A stretch of DNA of 64,000 nucleotides from an uncultured Nitrospiraceae bacterium (GTDB taxonomy: Bacteria; Nitrospirota; Thermodesulfovibrionia; Thermodesulfovibrionales; Dissulfurispiraceae), in the NCBI GenBank assembly GCA_963705105.1, contig CAVPIW010000005.1, forward strand, positions 1 through 64,000, given 5' to 3'. The translations under genes and the position numbers were made by a program. Positions within the stretch are counted from its first letter, which is position 1; every line of letters begins with the position of its first letter. The notes beneath the pieces were generated by a model. It was not told where the DNA came from. It worked only from the letters and a program-made list of their open reading frames with translations, and made no database searches. Below, piece after piece: positions 40,018 to 49,531 of the stretch.

Positions 40018-41093
40018 CACTTCTGAAGGGGGAGGCAGACGCTGAACGTCGCACCCATGCCCCTTTCGCTCTTCACCCGTATCAGCCCCCCGTGGTCTTT
40101 CACGATTTTCTTGGAAAGCGCCAGGCCGAGTCCGCTGCCGCCGGCCTTCATGGTGTAAAAGGGCAGAAAGACCCTTTTCATCTCATCCCGTGGAATGCCT
40201 TTTCCGGAGTCCTGGACTGTAACGACGACCCATCGTTGCTTCTTCCCTTTCGGCGGCTTCCGGTCGGCTTCAGTGCCTTCATAGATGACCATATACTCAT
40301 TAGAAAGCCTCGTCGATACGGACACTTCCTTCTTCCTGGCGCCCTCGACCGCCTCAAGGGCGTTCTTCAGGAGGTTGATGAACACCTGCAGAAGCTTGCT
40401 CTCGTCACCGCGGATATTGGGGAGACTGGGATCATATGACTTCGTAATGCGAACGGTCTTCCCCTTCAGCGGGAATTCCGTCACTTTCAGTGCATGCTCT
40501 ATGACCTCGTGGATGTTGACGTCATGGAAAACAGGACGCCGCGTCATGGTCAGATAACTGTTGAGAACGGCATTGAGCCGGTCCGTCTCCCTGAGCAGGA
40601 GGTCGACGCATTCCTGCGCCTCGGCGTCCCGGGCGCTGCGCCCGAGGATCTGGGCCGCACCCCTGATGCCGCTGAGGGGGTTCTTGATCTCATGGGCGAT
40701 GGATCCGATAAGGTAGAGCAGGGAATCGAACTGGAGGTCCTCCCTGTCCGTGAGGGCCAGGTTTTCGCGAAGGCAGAGAATGGCGCCGTCGAGGCTGTTG
40801 TCTGCATAGTGCGGACAGGCATGGAGGTCCACACTCAGGATACCGGCTACATCCGTCTCGAGCTCCTTGTCACGCCAGTTGAACGACCGCCCCTCGGCGA
40901 GGGTCTTTCCGATGAGAAGAGAGATGTCACGGGAGCCACCGAAGATCTCGCTGCAGTGTTTGTCCCCGATCTCCCTGAAGCTCCGCCCCAGCAGCTCCTC
41001 GGCCGCCTTGTTCATGAAAAGGAGTCTCTCCCGCCTGTCAAAGAGGAGTATCGCTTCATCGAGATTGCCGATGATGGAATCCGACAGCATCAT
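40017..41093 (-). CDS. NtrB-like PAS histidine kinase
   Basis: AHEIKNPLSGIRGAAQ, YDPSLP, N/G boxes. Confidence 0.92.
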   Translation of the reverse strand: MMLSDSIIGNLDEAILLFDRRERLLFMNKAAEELLGRSFREIGDKHCSEIFGGSRDISLLIGKTLAEGRSFNWRDKELETDVAGILSVDLHACPHYADNSLDGAILCLRENLALTDREDLQFDSLLYLIGSIAHEIKNPLSGIRGAAQILGRSARDAEAQECVDLLLRETDRLNAVLNSYLTMTRRPVFHDVNIHEVIEHALKVTEFPLKGKTVRITKSYDPSLPNIRGDESKLLQVFINLLKNALEAVEGARKKEVSVSTRLSNEYMVIYEGTEADRKPPKGKKQRWVVVTVQDSGKGIPRDEMKRVFLPFYTMKAGGSGLGLALSKKIVKDHGGLIRVKSERGMGATFSVCLPLQK

Positions 41094-41110
41094 GACCCTG
41101 TGCGCCGCTA

Positions 41111-41815
41111 TCAGCGCTGCATATAGAGAGCGTGCGCCGCAATGTATCGTATAACCTTGTCGGGCACGAGATACCGGACGCTCCTTCCTTCCCGGAGGAG
41201 GGCCCGGATCGCCGTCGATGAGATGTCCAGCGGTGTCACAGCGACGGGGTGGACCTTTTTGCCGCTCCTGAACCGGAGGTCCCGCAGCAGCCCCGGTCCG
41301 GCCTGTCCGGGCAGACCTCCCTGAGCGGGCCCCGCCGCTTCTTCAGGGACACCTTCACCGGTCTGAGCCGGCGTTTGATCGATATAGGAAGAGTGATACA
41401 TGTCCCCGAGGCGGAATCCCGGCCGCGTCACGACAATGAAGTCCGCAAGGCCGGTGAGCCGCTCCGGCATCCACCAGTTGGGCAAATCAAGAAAGGCATC
41501 GAGGCCGACGATGAAAAAGGTGTCCCCGTCAGGATACTGTTCCCTGAATGTCTCGAGCGTGGAGACGGTGAAGGACTTTTCAGGCCGCTGCAGCTCCAGG
41601 TCGGACACGGCGAAAGCGTCGTTCCCCGCTGTCGCCAGTTCCGTCATGGCATAACGGTGAGATGGTCCGATCACGTCCTCGTGCTTGAGGGGAGGGGTGC
41701 CGGACGGCATGAATATGACGCGGTCAAGGTTCATGAGCTCCCTGACCTCTTCGGCAGCCCTCAAATGACCATGGTGAATGGGATTGAAGGTCCCCCCGAA
41801 AACGCCGAGTCGCAA
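41111..41815 (-). CDS. nadD: Nicotinate-nucleotide adenylyltransferase
   Basis: FGGTFNPIHHGH, ISSTAIR. Confidence 0.96.
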   Translation of the reverse strand: MRLGVFGGTFNPIHHGHLRAAEEVRELMNLDRVIFMPSGTPPLKHEDVIGPSHRYAMTELATAGNDAFAVSDLELQRPEKSFTVSTLETFREQYPDGDTFFIVGLDAFLDLPNWWMPERLTGLADFIVVTRPGFRLGDMYHSSYIDQTPAQTGEGVPEEAAGPAQGGLPGQAGPGLLRDLRFRSGKKVHPVAVTPLDISSTAIRALLREGRSVRYLVPDKVIRYIAAHALYMQR

Positions 41816-41823
41816 AAGAAGCC

Positions 41824-42102
41824 CTAAAGCCCCATCTTTTTGAGTGCTTCGTCAGCCTGGCTCTTGACTGTGGGGGCATCCTCAATCAGGTAAAGCATGA
41901 CTCCTCCCCGCACCGGGCGGATGACGATTTTCCCCTCCTGGGAAAGCTGTGTCGTGATCTTGACGGGATCTTCGCCCTCGAAATACCGCTTGAACGCTTC
42001 GTTGAACCCCGAGTACACGGTATGAATGCCCTTGTAGCCTTCTTTCCTCAGGCTCACGATCGCCTTCTTCACGAACTCCTCATAACTCAGTTTTTCGGAC
42101 AT
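41824..42102 (-). CDS. Hypothetical protein
   Basis: Co-oriented between proA and nadD; GGAGA RBS. Confidence 0.75.
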   Translation of the reverse strand: MSEKLSYEEFVKKAIVSLRKEGYKGIHTVYSGFNEAFKRYFEGEDPVKITTQLSQEGKIVIRPVRGGVMLYLIEDAPTVKSQADEALKKMGL

Positions 42103-42135
42103 ATCTCATCTCCCTGCGTGTGATATTGGTTTTTG

Positions 42136-43392
42136 TTATTCTCTCACCTGACCGCTTCCGACAACGATGAATTTCGTGCACGTCAGTTCTTCCAGGCCCA
42201 TGGGGCCGCGTGCATGAATCTTGTCCGTCGAAATCCCTATCTCTGCGCCGAGCCCGAACTGGAACCCGTCATTGAGTCTCGTCGAGGCATTGACGAATAC
42301 CGCTGATGAATCGACCTCCCTGAGAAACCTCCATGCCTTGTCGCAGTTCATCGTCACGATGCTGTCGGAATGAGAGGACCCGTATTTCCCGATGTGTGTC
42401 ATGGCATCCTCCATGGATGACACGACCTTCACATTCAGGATCAGGTCGAGGTATTCCCTGAAGTAGTCCTCATCATGCACTTCCGCGATATTGGGGTAGA
42501 TTGACAGGGTCTTCGGACATCCTCTCAGCTCCACGCCGGCGCTTTCGAACCTCCTGAGCATCACGGGCAGAAAGCCCTCCGCGATGGCCTCGTCGACAAG
42601 CATCGTCTCCATGGCATTGCATGTGGCAGGCCTCTGGACCTTCGCATTGAAGCAAATCTCTTCCGCCATGATGAGATCCGCGTCGCGGTCCACAAAGACG
42701 TGACATACACCTTTATAATGTTTCAGCACGGGGATCCGCGAGTTTTCCGTCACCGTCCTGATCAGCCCCTCTCCGCCTCTCGGAATGATGAGATCGATCG
42801 TCCCCTCCAGTTTCAGCATCTCCATGACGGCTTCCCTGTCGGCACTGTCGATAAAAGTGATTGCGCCCTCATGGATCCCCTCCTGCTTCGCCGCTTCCCG
42901 CAAAACACCGACGATCGCCCTGTTGGAGCGGATCGCTTCGGATCCTCCGCGGAGGATGACTGCATTGCCCGTCTTGAGGCAGAGGCTCGTCGCATCGGCG
43001 GTGACGTTCGGCCTCGCCTCGTATATGATCCCGATAACGCCGATGGGGACACGCATCCGTCCAACCGTCATCCCGTTCGGTCTCTGCCACATCTTCGTGA
43101 TCTCGCCGACGGGATCGGGCAGTTGAGCGACTTCCCTCAACCCCTGCGCCATTTCTGCGATGCGCTTCTTGTTCAGGGTCAGCCTGTCGATCATGGCCTT
43201 CGACAACCCGCGCTCCTGAGCCTGTAAGACATCCTTGCCGTTCTCCGCGATCAGGGTGTCTGCGGATGCGGTCAGGGCCCCCGCCATCCTGATGAGTACA
43301 TCGTTCTTCTTTTTCGACGAGGCCCGGGCCAGACTTGCCGCTCCCCGCCTCGCCTCTTCCGCCTTATTTCTGACAAACTGTTTGATATCCAT
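42136..43392 (-). CDS. proA: Gamma-glutamyl phosphate reductase
   Basis: IYEARPNVT, LRGGSEA, CNAMET, HARGPMGL. Confidence 0.97.
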   Translation of the reverse strand: MDIKQFVRNKAEEARRGAASLARASSKKKNDVLIRMAGALTASADTLIAENGKDVLQAQERGLSKAMIDRLTLNKKRIAEMAQGLREVAQLPDPVGEITKMWQRPNGMTVGRMRVPIGVIGIIYEARPNVTADATSLCLKTGNAVILRGGSEAIRSNRAIVGVLREAAKQEGIHEGAITFIDSADREAVMEMLKLEGTIDLIIPRGGEGLIRTVTENSRIPVLKHYKGVCHVFVDRDADLIMAEEICFNAKVQRPATCNAMETMLVDEAIAEGFLPVMLRRFESAGVELRGCPKTLSIYPNIAEVHDEDYFREYLDLILNVKVVSSMEDAMTHIGKYGSSHSDSIVTMNCDKAWRFLREVDSSAVFVNASTRLNDGFQFGLGAEIGISTDKIHARGPMGLEELTCTKFIVVGSGQVRE

Positions 43393-43702
43393 AAGAATCC
43401 TCCGCTCATCCTCTTCCCGTACCGGCGGGCAGGAGTCGGTCACTGCCTGCCGGGGCCGAAGAAACGCATCCTATATATAATACATGTCTACACTATATAT
43501 TTGTAGAGATTTTTTTGGCCCCTGCAAAAAACACCGTGCCGGCAACCGGAGGCCTGGAGGTGTTTTGTAACCTGTTGATAATAAATAATATCATAAGATG
43601 AAGTTTGTAGATACATGTCTGAATCGGGACATTGAGACGAGACTTGTTTTTTGTTGTTTTTCTGGTATAATAAAATCCAAAATTCTGTGAGGAGGTTTTT
43701 CA

Positions 43703-43888
43703 ATGGCGATACCGGTTGTTGATTACGATGAGTGCATCGGCTGCGGATCCTGCGCCGAACTCTGCCCCGAGGTCTTCGAGATGAGGGACGACGAGAAGGC
43801 GTATGTCATCGGCGCGGACAAGTGCAACACCTGTGATTGCGAAGAAGCAGCAAGCGCCTGCCCTTCTGAAGCAATAAAATTCGAGTAA
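43703..43888 (+). CDS. Ferredoxin (single 4Fe-4S cluster type)
   Basis: CIGCGSCAELCP...ACPSEAI; GAGGAGG RBS. Confidence 0.93.
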   Translation: MAIPVVDYDECIGCGSCAELCPEVFEMRDDEKAYVIGADKCNTCDCEEAASACPSEAIKFE

Positions 43889-43898
43889 GACAGGTCAT

Positions 43899-43937
43899 TC
43901 CCGCAAGAATTTTCCCCTGTGGAAATTCTTGCGGGAC
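43899..43937. terminator. Hairpin between convergent genes
   Basis: TCCCGCAAGAATTT / AAATTCTTGCGGGA. Confidence 0.65.
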
Positions 43938-43939
43938 TC

Positions 43940-44497
43940 TCATCTTTCCCTTCTCCCCATTTCAAAGAAACCGTAGATCTTCGGATCCACAAGGTCGCCG
44001 TTGCGTTCCATGAACCTCACCGTTTCATAGAACCGTGAACCTTCAACCCTGACCACGTCGATTGATTCGGTTTCCTCCGCCCTGAAGCGCTTCATCACAT
44101 CCCCTGACGCCGGCGTGACATCCAGGGCAAGATAGACCTCGAGCATCTCCGTCGTCATCCCCGACGAAAGGGGTCCCTTAAGAAGGAACCTTATGTGCGC
44201 CGGCATGTATCCCGTCTCCTCGATGAGTTCCCTGCGGGCGGCGTCGGCAGGCGACTCCCCGCACTCGACCAGCCCCGCGGGAAATTCCAGGACCGGGCCG
44301 TCGAACAGCGGCCTGTATTGCCGCACGAGGATGACATCCCCCTCGGGGGTGAACGGTACGATCACAACGACGCCCCCGCAGTTGACACGTGCGACGCCCT
44401 CCCAGGTCCTCATCGCGCCCTTTTCGTCTTCATAGCTGAGGATAAAGGCGTTAAGGAACGCGCCCTGCCAGCACTGCTCGGTTCCCCGCTTCTTCAT
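43940..44497 (-). CDS. NUDIX hydrolase (ADP-ribose pyrophosphatase-like; start uncertain)
   Basis: LVRQYR, EFPAG...ARRELIEETG. Confidence 0.92.
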   Translation of the reverse strand: MKKRGTEQCWQGAFLNAFILSYEDEKGAMRTWEGVARVNCGGVVVIVPFTPEGDVILVRQYRPLFDGPVLEFPAGLVECGESPADAARRELIEETGYMPAHIRFLLKGPLSSGMTTEMLEVYLALDVTPASGDVMKRFRAEETESIDVVRVEGSRFYETVRFMERNGDLVDPKIYGFFEMGRRER

Positions 44498-44527
44498 GGC
44501 AGACTCATCTCCGCGAACTCCCATTGA

Positions 44528-44905
44528 TAACCTTATCGGAACCAGACCGGTTAGACCCGGCCGGGAAGGCTGATGTGGCGAAAAGCCTTTCCGCGAAGAT
44601 ACCTTACTCATCACCGGATCACACCTTGCCGTGTCCATCGATACCGAAAGCCCGTCAGGCAACAGGCGCTGAACACCTTAGAGATGTCTCATCATCGCAT
44701 TGGAAAGGCTTTGAACCATATCTGCCTTCCCGGCGGAACAGCACTCCGGAAAGGCGAGCGTATGCGCCGAAAAGCCTTGGTGCGGCGACTCCTGTATCGT
44801 CACAGAAGACGAGGCATACGCCGATGTCAGGAGAATTGGACATCTTTTCCGACACTGACACTCACACTGTTTTCAGAGTGCTTCGCCCGGCCTTTCCACG
44901 CAACC
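44528..44905 (+). repeat. Tandem repeats: subtype C (44562-44732) then A/E hybrid (44745-44905)
   Basis: C matches 9614-9784; second unit has A-like left arm and GACACT-containing right arm. Confidence 0.88.
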
Positions 44906-45249
44906 TACCCGAAGGGAGACCGCATCTGCCGTCCGCCCATGAGGTGAAAGTGGAGGTGAAAGACGATCTGTCCTCCCTCGGGGTTGCAGTTCGTCAGCAG
45001 GCGGTATCCCCGCTCGGCAATCCCCCTGTCGACGGCGATCTTTTTGGCAGCCTGAAAGATACGGCCGAGAAGCTCCCCGTCCTCTTCCTTCAGGTCAAGG
45101 GGGGTTGAAATGTGCCTCTTCGGGATGATGAGCGTGTGAACAGGCGACTGGGGATTGATGTCCTCGAAGGCGAGCACGTGGTCGTCTTCGTAAACGACTG
45201 TCGACGGTATTTTTTTCTCGGCGATTTTGCAGAAAATACAATCACTCAT
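44905..45249 (-). CDS. Histidine triad (HIT) protein
   Basis: DCIFCKI, HLHFHLMGG. Confidence 0.96.
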   Translation of the reverse strand: MSDCIFCKIAEKKIPSTVVYEDDHVLAFEDINPQSPVHTLIIPKRHISTPLDLKEEDGELLGRIFQAAKKIAVDRGIAERGYRLLTNCNPEGGQIVFHLHFHLMGGRQMRSPFG

Positions 45250-45279
45250 AGTGTGGCACCTCCCGGCCGGTTAATTGTC

Positions 45280-45321
45280 CCCTGGGTTGTAAGAAAAGGC
45301 GGAGGCGACGCGCCTCAAAGC
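45280..45321 (-). repeat. Partial arm of the hairpin repeat
   Basis: AAAAGGCGGAGGCGACGCGCCTCAAAGC. Confidence 0.65.
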
Positions 45322-45352
45322 TGTCTATTGTCTACCGCCTCCTGTCTATTTT

Positions 45353-45703
45353 CTACTGTTTTTGGTCTGCTGTCTTCTCTTTCATTTCAATGGCACGGTA
45401 GAAACACGTCCTGTTCCCTGTATGGCAGGCCCCGCCGCCGTGCTGTTTCACCTTAACGAGGAGTGTGTCGAGGTCGCAGTCGTAGAGGATTTCCTTCACC
45501 TCCTGGACGCTCCCCGATGTCTCTCCTTTCTTCCAGAACTTCTGCCTCGACCGCGACCAGAAGTGCGTATACCCCGATTCGAGGGTCATCATGAGCGAAG
45601 CCTCGTTCATATAGGCCATCATGAGCACCTCTCCGCTCGCCATATCCTGAACGATCGCGGGGATGAGTCCCTTCTCATCATATTTGAGCGATTTTACATC
45701 CAT
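45353..45703 (-). CDS. hisI: Phosphoribosyl-AMP cyclohydrolase
   Basis: [31 protein letters not shown]. Confidence 0.96.
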   Translation of the reverse strand: MDVKSLKYDEKGLIPAIVQDMASGEVLMMAYMNEASLMMTLESGYTHFWSRSRQKFWKKGETSGSVQEVKEILYDCDLDTLLVKVKQHGGGACHTGNRTCFYRAIEMKEKTADQKQ

Positions 45704-45716
45704 GCACAACCCCTTT

Positions 45717-46199
45717 CTATCTTTTGTACCCGATCTTCCTGAGGAAATCTCTCCGGTTCTTTTTATCCTCCTCCGTCTCAACGCCCTTCGGGGACGAGCC
45801 GTCGACAACGCCGATGATGCCCCTGCCCTGCTCCGTCCGGGCCACGACGACTTCCAGAGGATTGGCCGTCGCGCAGAAGATCCTGCACACCTCCGGGCAG
45901 TTTTTGACAGCATTGAGCACATTGATCGGATACGCGTCCTGCAGCAAAATGCAAAAGACGTGTCCGGCCCCGATGTCCTGCAGGTTTTGCACACAGAGGG
46001 CAACAAGCTCGTCGCTGTTCCCCTCTGTCCTGATCAGGCAGGGCCCGGATGCCTCGGCAAAGGCGATGCCGAACCGGGCCTGGGGCACCGTCGTGACGAT
46101 GATTTCGTACAGGTCTTCCGCCGTCTTGATGAAATGAGTCTGCCCGATGATGATGTTGCACCCTTCCGGGATCTCTACCCTGACTGTGCTGATATCCAT
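45717..46199 (-). CDS. Adenosine-specific kinase family protein
   Basis: [28 protein letters not shown]. Confidence 0.85.
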   Translation of the reverse strand: MDISTVRVEIPEGCNIIIGQTHFIKTAEDLYEIIVTTVPQARFGIAFAEASGPCLIRTEGNSDELVALCVQNLQDIGAGHVFCILLQDAYPINVLNAVKNCPEVCRIFCATANPLEVVVARTEQGRGIIGVVDGSSPKGVETEEDKKNRRDFLRKIGYKR

Positions 46200-46289
46200 G
46201 GAATCCTCCTTGCCTGTCCCTGTCCGGAATAAAATATTATCTCACGCACCCAAAAAACGCAAAGAAAGAAAATGTTTTCTGTCATGCAT

Positions 46290-46316
46290 CGGGCCGTTCG
46301 GGGAACGGCCCCCACA
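46290..46316 (-). repeat. GTAG-type REP palindrome (GTGG variant)
   Basis: CGGGCCGTTCGGGGAACGGCCCC, reverse complement of 21884-21910. Confidence 0.7.
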
Positions 46317-46362
46317 ATTACTAAGGAGTTTAGTGATAAGGTGACATGATTCAATCCGTATT

Positions 46363-46637
46363 TGTCATCCCGGCTCGTCCGGGATCCTTCTTAAAGAAAC
46401 CATTCTGTTGCATGAAAAGGCGGGGCGAAGCGCCTCAAAGCCTTGCTGAAGGCGACGATACGCCTCGTCAGCTTCGTGTTTCAGGATTCCACTCTTTGTG
46501 CATCGACCATTGGCGTATAGTTCATCTCTCGTTTTGATACAGGTGTCGCCGCAGCAAGGTTTTCGGCGCATACTCCCCGCCTTTCCCGTGAGTGTATTGT
46601 AACGATAAGGGAAAGATTCCCGACAAGCGGGAATGAC
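46363..46637. repeat. GTCAT...ATGAC REP doublet enclosing a - strand subtype A repeat (46398-46610)
   Basis: GTCATCCCGGCTCGTCCGGGATC ... GATTCCCGACAAGCGGGAATGAC. Confidence 0.88.
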
Positions 46638-46707
46638 GCGGATGTCGTTCTGCTTAGTTTCTCCTTAATACCTCGACGGCAGGTGAGCCTCTGACGTCTA
46701 TGGTATA

Positions 46708-47394
46708 ATGAAAATACATTTTCCCTCGCATGTCAAGATGAAAAGAGGCCCTCACAGCGACATCGGATCACGGGCGGCATTCAGCGGAGAGGCAGACCAT
46801 CATTCACCCCAGCGACTCAAGACCGGCGTTCCTTTGTATCGGGCGATTCTTCTGACCGCGGTCCTGCTCGTCCTCTCTTCGCCGGCGAAGGCGGCGGAGC
46901 TCTCCCCCGTCTCCGTCACGATCCTCAACGGAGAAATCCGTGCCGGCTCCTCCGTCAGCCTCGATCCCCGCATGGTCGAAGAGATCAGGGAGGGACTGTC
47001 AAAGGAGTTCATCTATTATATCGACCTTTTCAGGGTCTGGGACGTCTGGCCTAATGAATTCATCGCGGGCAGGAAAATCGTCAAGGAGATCAAGAGCGAT
47101 CCGATCAAGCGTCAGCACATCGCCGTTTCCAACGACGGGGCCGTCCGGATCGAAAAACGGTTCAAAGACGCCGAATCGATGATCGCCTGGACGATGACGA
47201 TCGGCGACATCGGCCTGGCATCGGTGAATAACCTGGACAGGGGGAGCTATTTCGTCAAGGTGACCGTGGAATCGAAAATCAGGAAGCTCCCTCCTGTCAT
47301 CGGATATCTGCTCTTTTTCGTCCCTGAGAAGGAATTCTCCATGAGCCGGAATTCCCAGGTGTTTCATGTGCAGGGCAAGAGGGAAGGGAAATGA
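46708..47394 (+). CDS. DUF4390-like exported protein (true start probably downstream)
   Basis: Hydrophobic signal-like stretch, LPPVIGYLLFF; overlaps the following kinase start. Confidence 0.7.
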   Translation: MKIHFPSHVKMKRGPHSDIGSRAAFSGEADHHSPQRLKTGVPLYRAILLTAVLLVLSSPAKAAELSPVSVTILNGEIRAGSSVSLDPRMVEEIREGLSKEFIYYIDLFRVWDVWPNEFIAGRKIVKEIKSDPIKRQHIAVSNDGAVRIEKRFKDAESMIAWTMTIGDIGLASVNNLDRGSYFVKVTVESKIRKLPPVIGYLLFFVPEKEFSMSRNSQVFHVQGKREGK

Positions 47395-49412
47395 GACTGT
47401 CCCGGTCCTCCGCCGCCATCCTCATTACAACCGTCTTTGTCATTATCGCCACGATGCTCGAAATCTATTTCATCCAGGTGCCGACCCTGAGCATTGTGAC
47501 GAGACTGATACTCGTCGCTCTTCTGAGCATCAATTTTCTCGCCCTCCTCATCCTCGTCTTTCTCGTGGCGAAGAACCTCTTCAAGCTTTATCTGGAGAGA
47601 AAAAACCGCGTCCTCGGGTATCGATTCAGGACCCGGCTCATGACCATCTTCGTCATCCTGACCCTCATCCCGGCAGCCTTTCTCTTCTTCGCCGCCAGCG
47701 GCCTGGCGTCGAACTACATCAACCGCTTTTTCTCCCCCCAGTTGAAGGAACCCCTCAAACTCTCGATCGAGTTTGCCCGTGCGGTCTATGACTTCGAACG
47801 GGAACGGGTCCTCTCGGCGGGACGCCGGGTTTCGGAAGGCGAAACGGGCACGTCGGGCGGCCTTTCTGTCATGAGACACGAGACCTTGCCGCCGAACGCC
47901 TCCGAGACACTGCGGGACGCCTTTCAGGGGATCGAGGGGACGGAGGTGGTGTCCGGGGAGAGGGGAGACATCATCCGGGCAGCCGTGCCCGACCGCCGCA
48001 GGGGAGGAGTCGTCGTGACCGAACTCATCCTGCCGAAGGAGATCACGCAGAAAATCGAGCACCTCGAACGATTGCACGAAGAGCATCTGAAACTCGCGGC
48101 CTTCAAGGCGCCGCTCAAGTTGAACTATATGCTCATACTCGGTTTTTTAACCCTCATGATGGTCTTTACGGCGCTTTGGGTTTCACTGAAGGTATCGAAG
48201 GGCATAACGACGCCCATTCAGAGCCTCGCCATGGCCACGGAGCAGGTTGCCGCGGGAGACCTGGACGTGTCGGTGTCCGCGACAAGCGAGGACGAGGTGG
48301 GGATCCTCATCTCCTCCTTCAACCAGATGGTGCGGCAGCTCAAGGAAAACAAGCAGTCTCTCGAAAATGCCTACACGGAATCGGACAAGCGGAGACTTTA
48401 TCTCGAAAACATCCTCCAGAGCATCACGTCAGGGGTGCTCTTTCTCGACCACAGCGGGAGGATCCAGGCGGTCAACAGGGCCGCCTGCTCCATCCTGTCG
48501 ATGAACCAGGAGGACGTCACCGGAAAGGACTACAAGACGCTCATCGGTCACCTCAACTCCGAGGACCTGAAACAGCTTGTGCGGAACCTGGAGGGAAGTG
48601 AGATCCGCGATATCAGCAGGGAGATCAAAGTCAACAGGGGCGGCAGGATCATCATCCTGCGGGTCCGCATCGCCGGGATACGGGAAACGCCCGAATCGAG
48701 CGCACTGGGCATGCTCGTCGTTTTTGACGATCTGACGGACATCATCAAGGCGCAGAAAGCGATGGCATGGCAGGAGGTGGCCAGGAGGATGGCCCACGAG
48801 ATCAAGAACCCGCTGACACCGATCAAGCTGTCGACGGAACGCCTTATCCGCAAGTGGACGCAGAAGGAATCAGACTTTGATGCGGTGTTTGAGAAGTCGA
48901 CGAAGACGATCATTACCGAGGTCGAAGGCCTCAGGAGGCTCGTTGACGTCTTCTCGAAATACGGCCGGATGCCGGAGGCACAGAAAGTCCCCACTGATAT
49001 GGGTGAGTTGCTTGACGGGGTCCAGCAATTGTATAAAGGGTTCGCGGACGTGACGATCGGGCTTCACATTGAGGAGAGTCTCCCGGAAATCCCTGTCGAC
49101 AGGGAGCAATTCAAACGTGTCTTCATCAATATCGTCGACAATGCGGTCAAGGCGATGAATGAGCGAGGGTCCATCGACATAACAGCGAAATCCTCGGGGC
49201 GTTATTTGGTCATCGAGATCGCCGACACCGGTCCGGGCATCCCCGATGAGGAGAAGGAAAAACTCTTCATCCCTTACTTTTCGAAGAGGAGAGACGGCAC
49301 CGGGCTGGGCCTCGCGATCGCCGACAAGATCGTGACTGACCATGGGGGGAGAGTCCTCGTCAGCGACAATGTCCCCCGGGGCAGTGTCTTCACCATTGAA
49401 ATCCCCTTCTGA
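47391..49412 (+). CDS. ntrY: NtrY-like HAMP/PAS histidine kinase
   Basis: TM segments, HAMP, AWQEVARRMAHEIKNPLTPI. Confidence 0.88.
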   Translation: MRLSRSSAAILITTVFVIIATMLEIYFIQVPTLSIVTRLILVALLSINFLALLILVFLVAKNLFKLYLERKNRVLGYRFRTRLMTIFVILTLIPAAFLFFAASGLASNYINRFFSPQLKEPLKLSIEFARAVYDFERERVLSAGRRVSEGETGTSGGLSVMRHETLPPNASETLRDAFQGIEGTEVVSGERGDIIRAAVPDRRRGGVVVTELILPKEITQKIEHLERLHEEHLKLAAFKAPLKLNYMLILGFLTLMMVFTALWVSLKVSKGITTPIQSLAMATEQVAAGDLDVSVSATSEDEVGILISSFNQMVRQLKENKQSLENAYTESDKRRLYLENILQSITSGVLFLDHSGRIQAVNRAACSILSMNQEDVTGKDYKTLIGHLNSEDLKQLVRNLEGSEIRDISREIKVNRGGRIIILRVRIAGIRETPESSALGMLVVFDDLTDIIKAQKAMAWQEVARRMAHEIKNPLTPIKLSTERLIRKWTQKESDFDAVFEKSTKTIITEVEGLRRLVDVFSKYGRMPEAQKVPTDMGELLDGVQQLYKGFADVTIGLHIEESLPEIPVDREQFKRVFINIVDNAVKAMNERGSIDITAKSSGRYLVIEIADTGPGIPDEEKEKLFIPYFSKRRDGTGLGLAIADKIVTDHGGRVLVSDNVPRGSVFTIEIPF

Positions 49413-49440
49413 TCCTGTTAGGCTAATAGAAGGGCGTCTA

Positions 49441-49506
49441 AACCTTGTCGTCGCGTGTCAGGGCGGGGCGACGCGCCTTCCGGTCGGGGTATGGAACGAT
49501 AGGGTA
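49441..49506 (-). repeat. Internally collapsed copy of the hairpin repeat
   Basis: Reverse complement reads ACCCTATCGTTCC...CCGGAAGGCG-CGTCGCCCCGCC...ACAAGGTT. Confidence 0.65.
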
Positions 49507-49531
49507 AAATAAATTGAAACGAGGATAGGAC

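Noticed and set aside
44524..45108. Repeat-spanning ORFs (861, 6200, 7831, 9588, 12510, 22712, 44524) as genes
   Set aside because: Frames shift between copies and starts are inconsistent; only the loop periodicity is kept as a hypothesis
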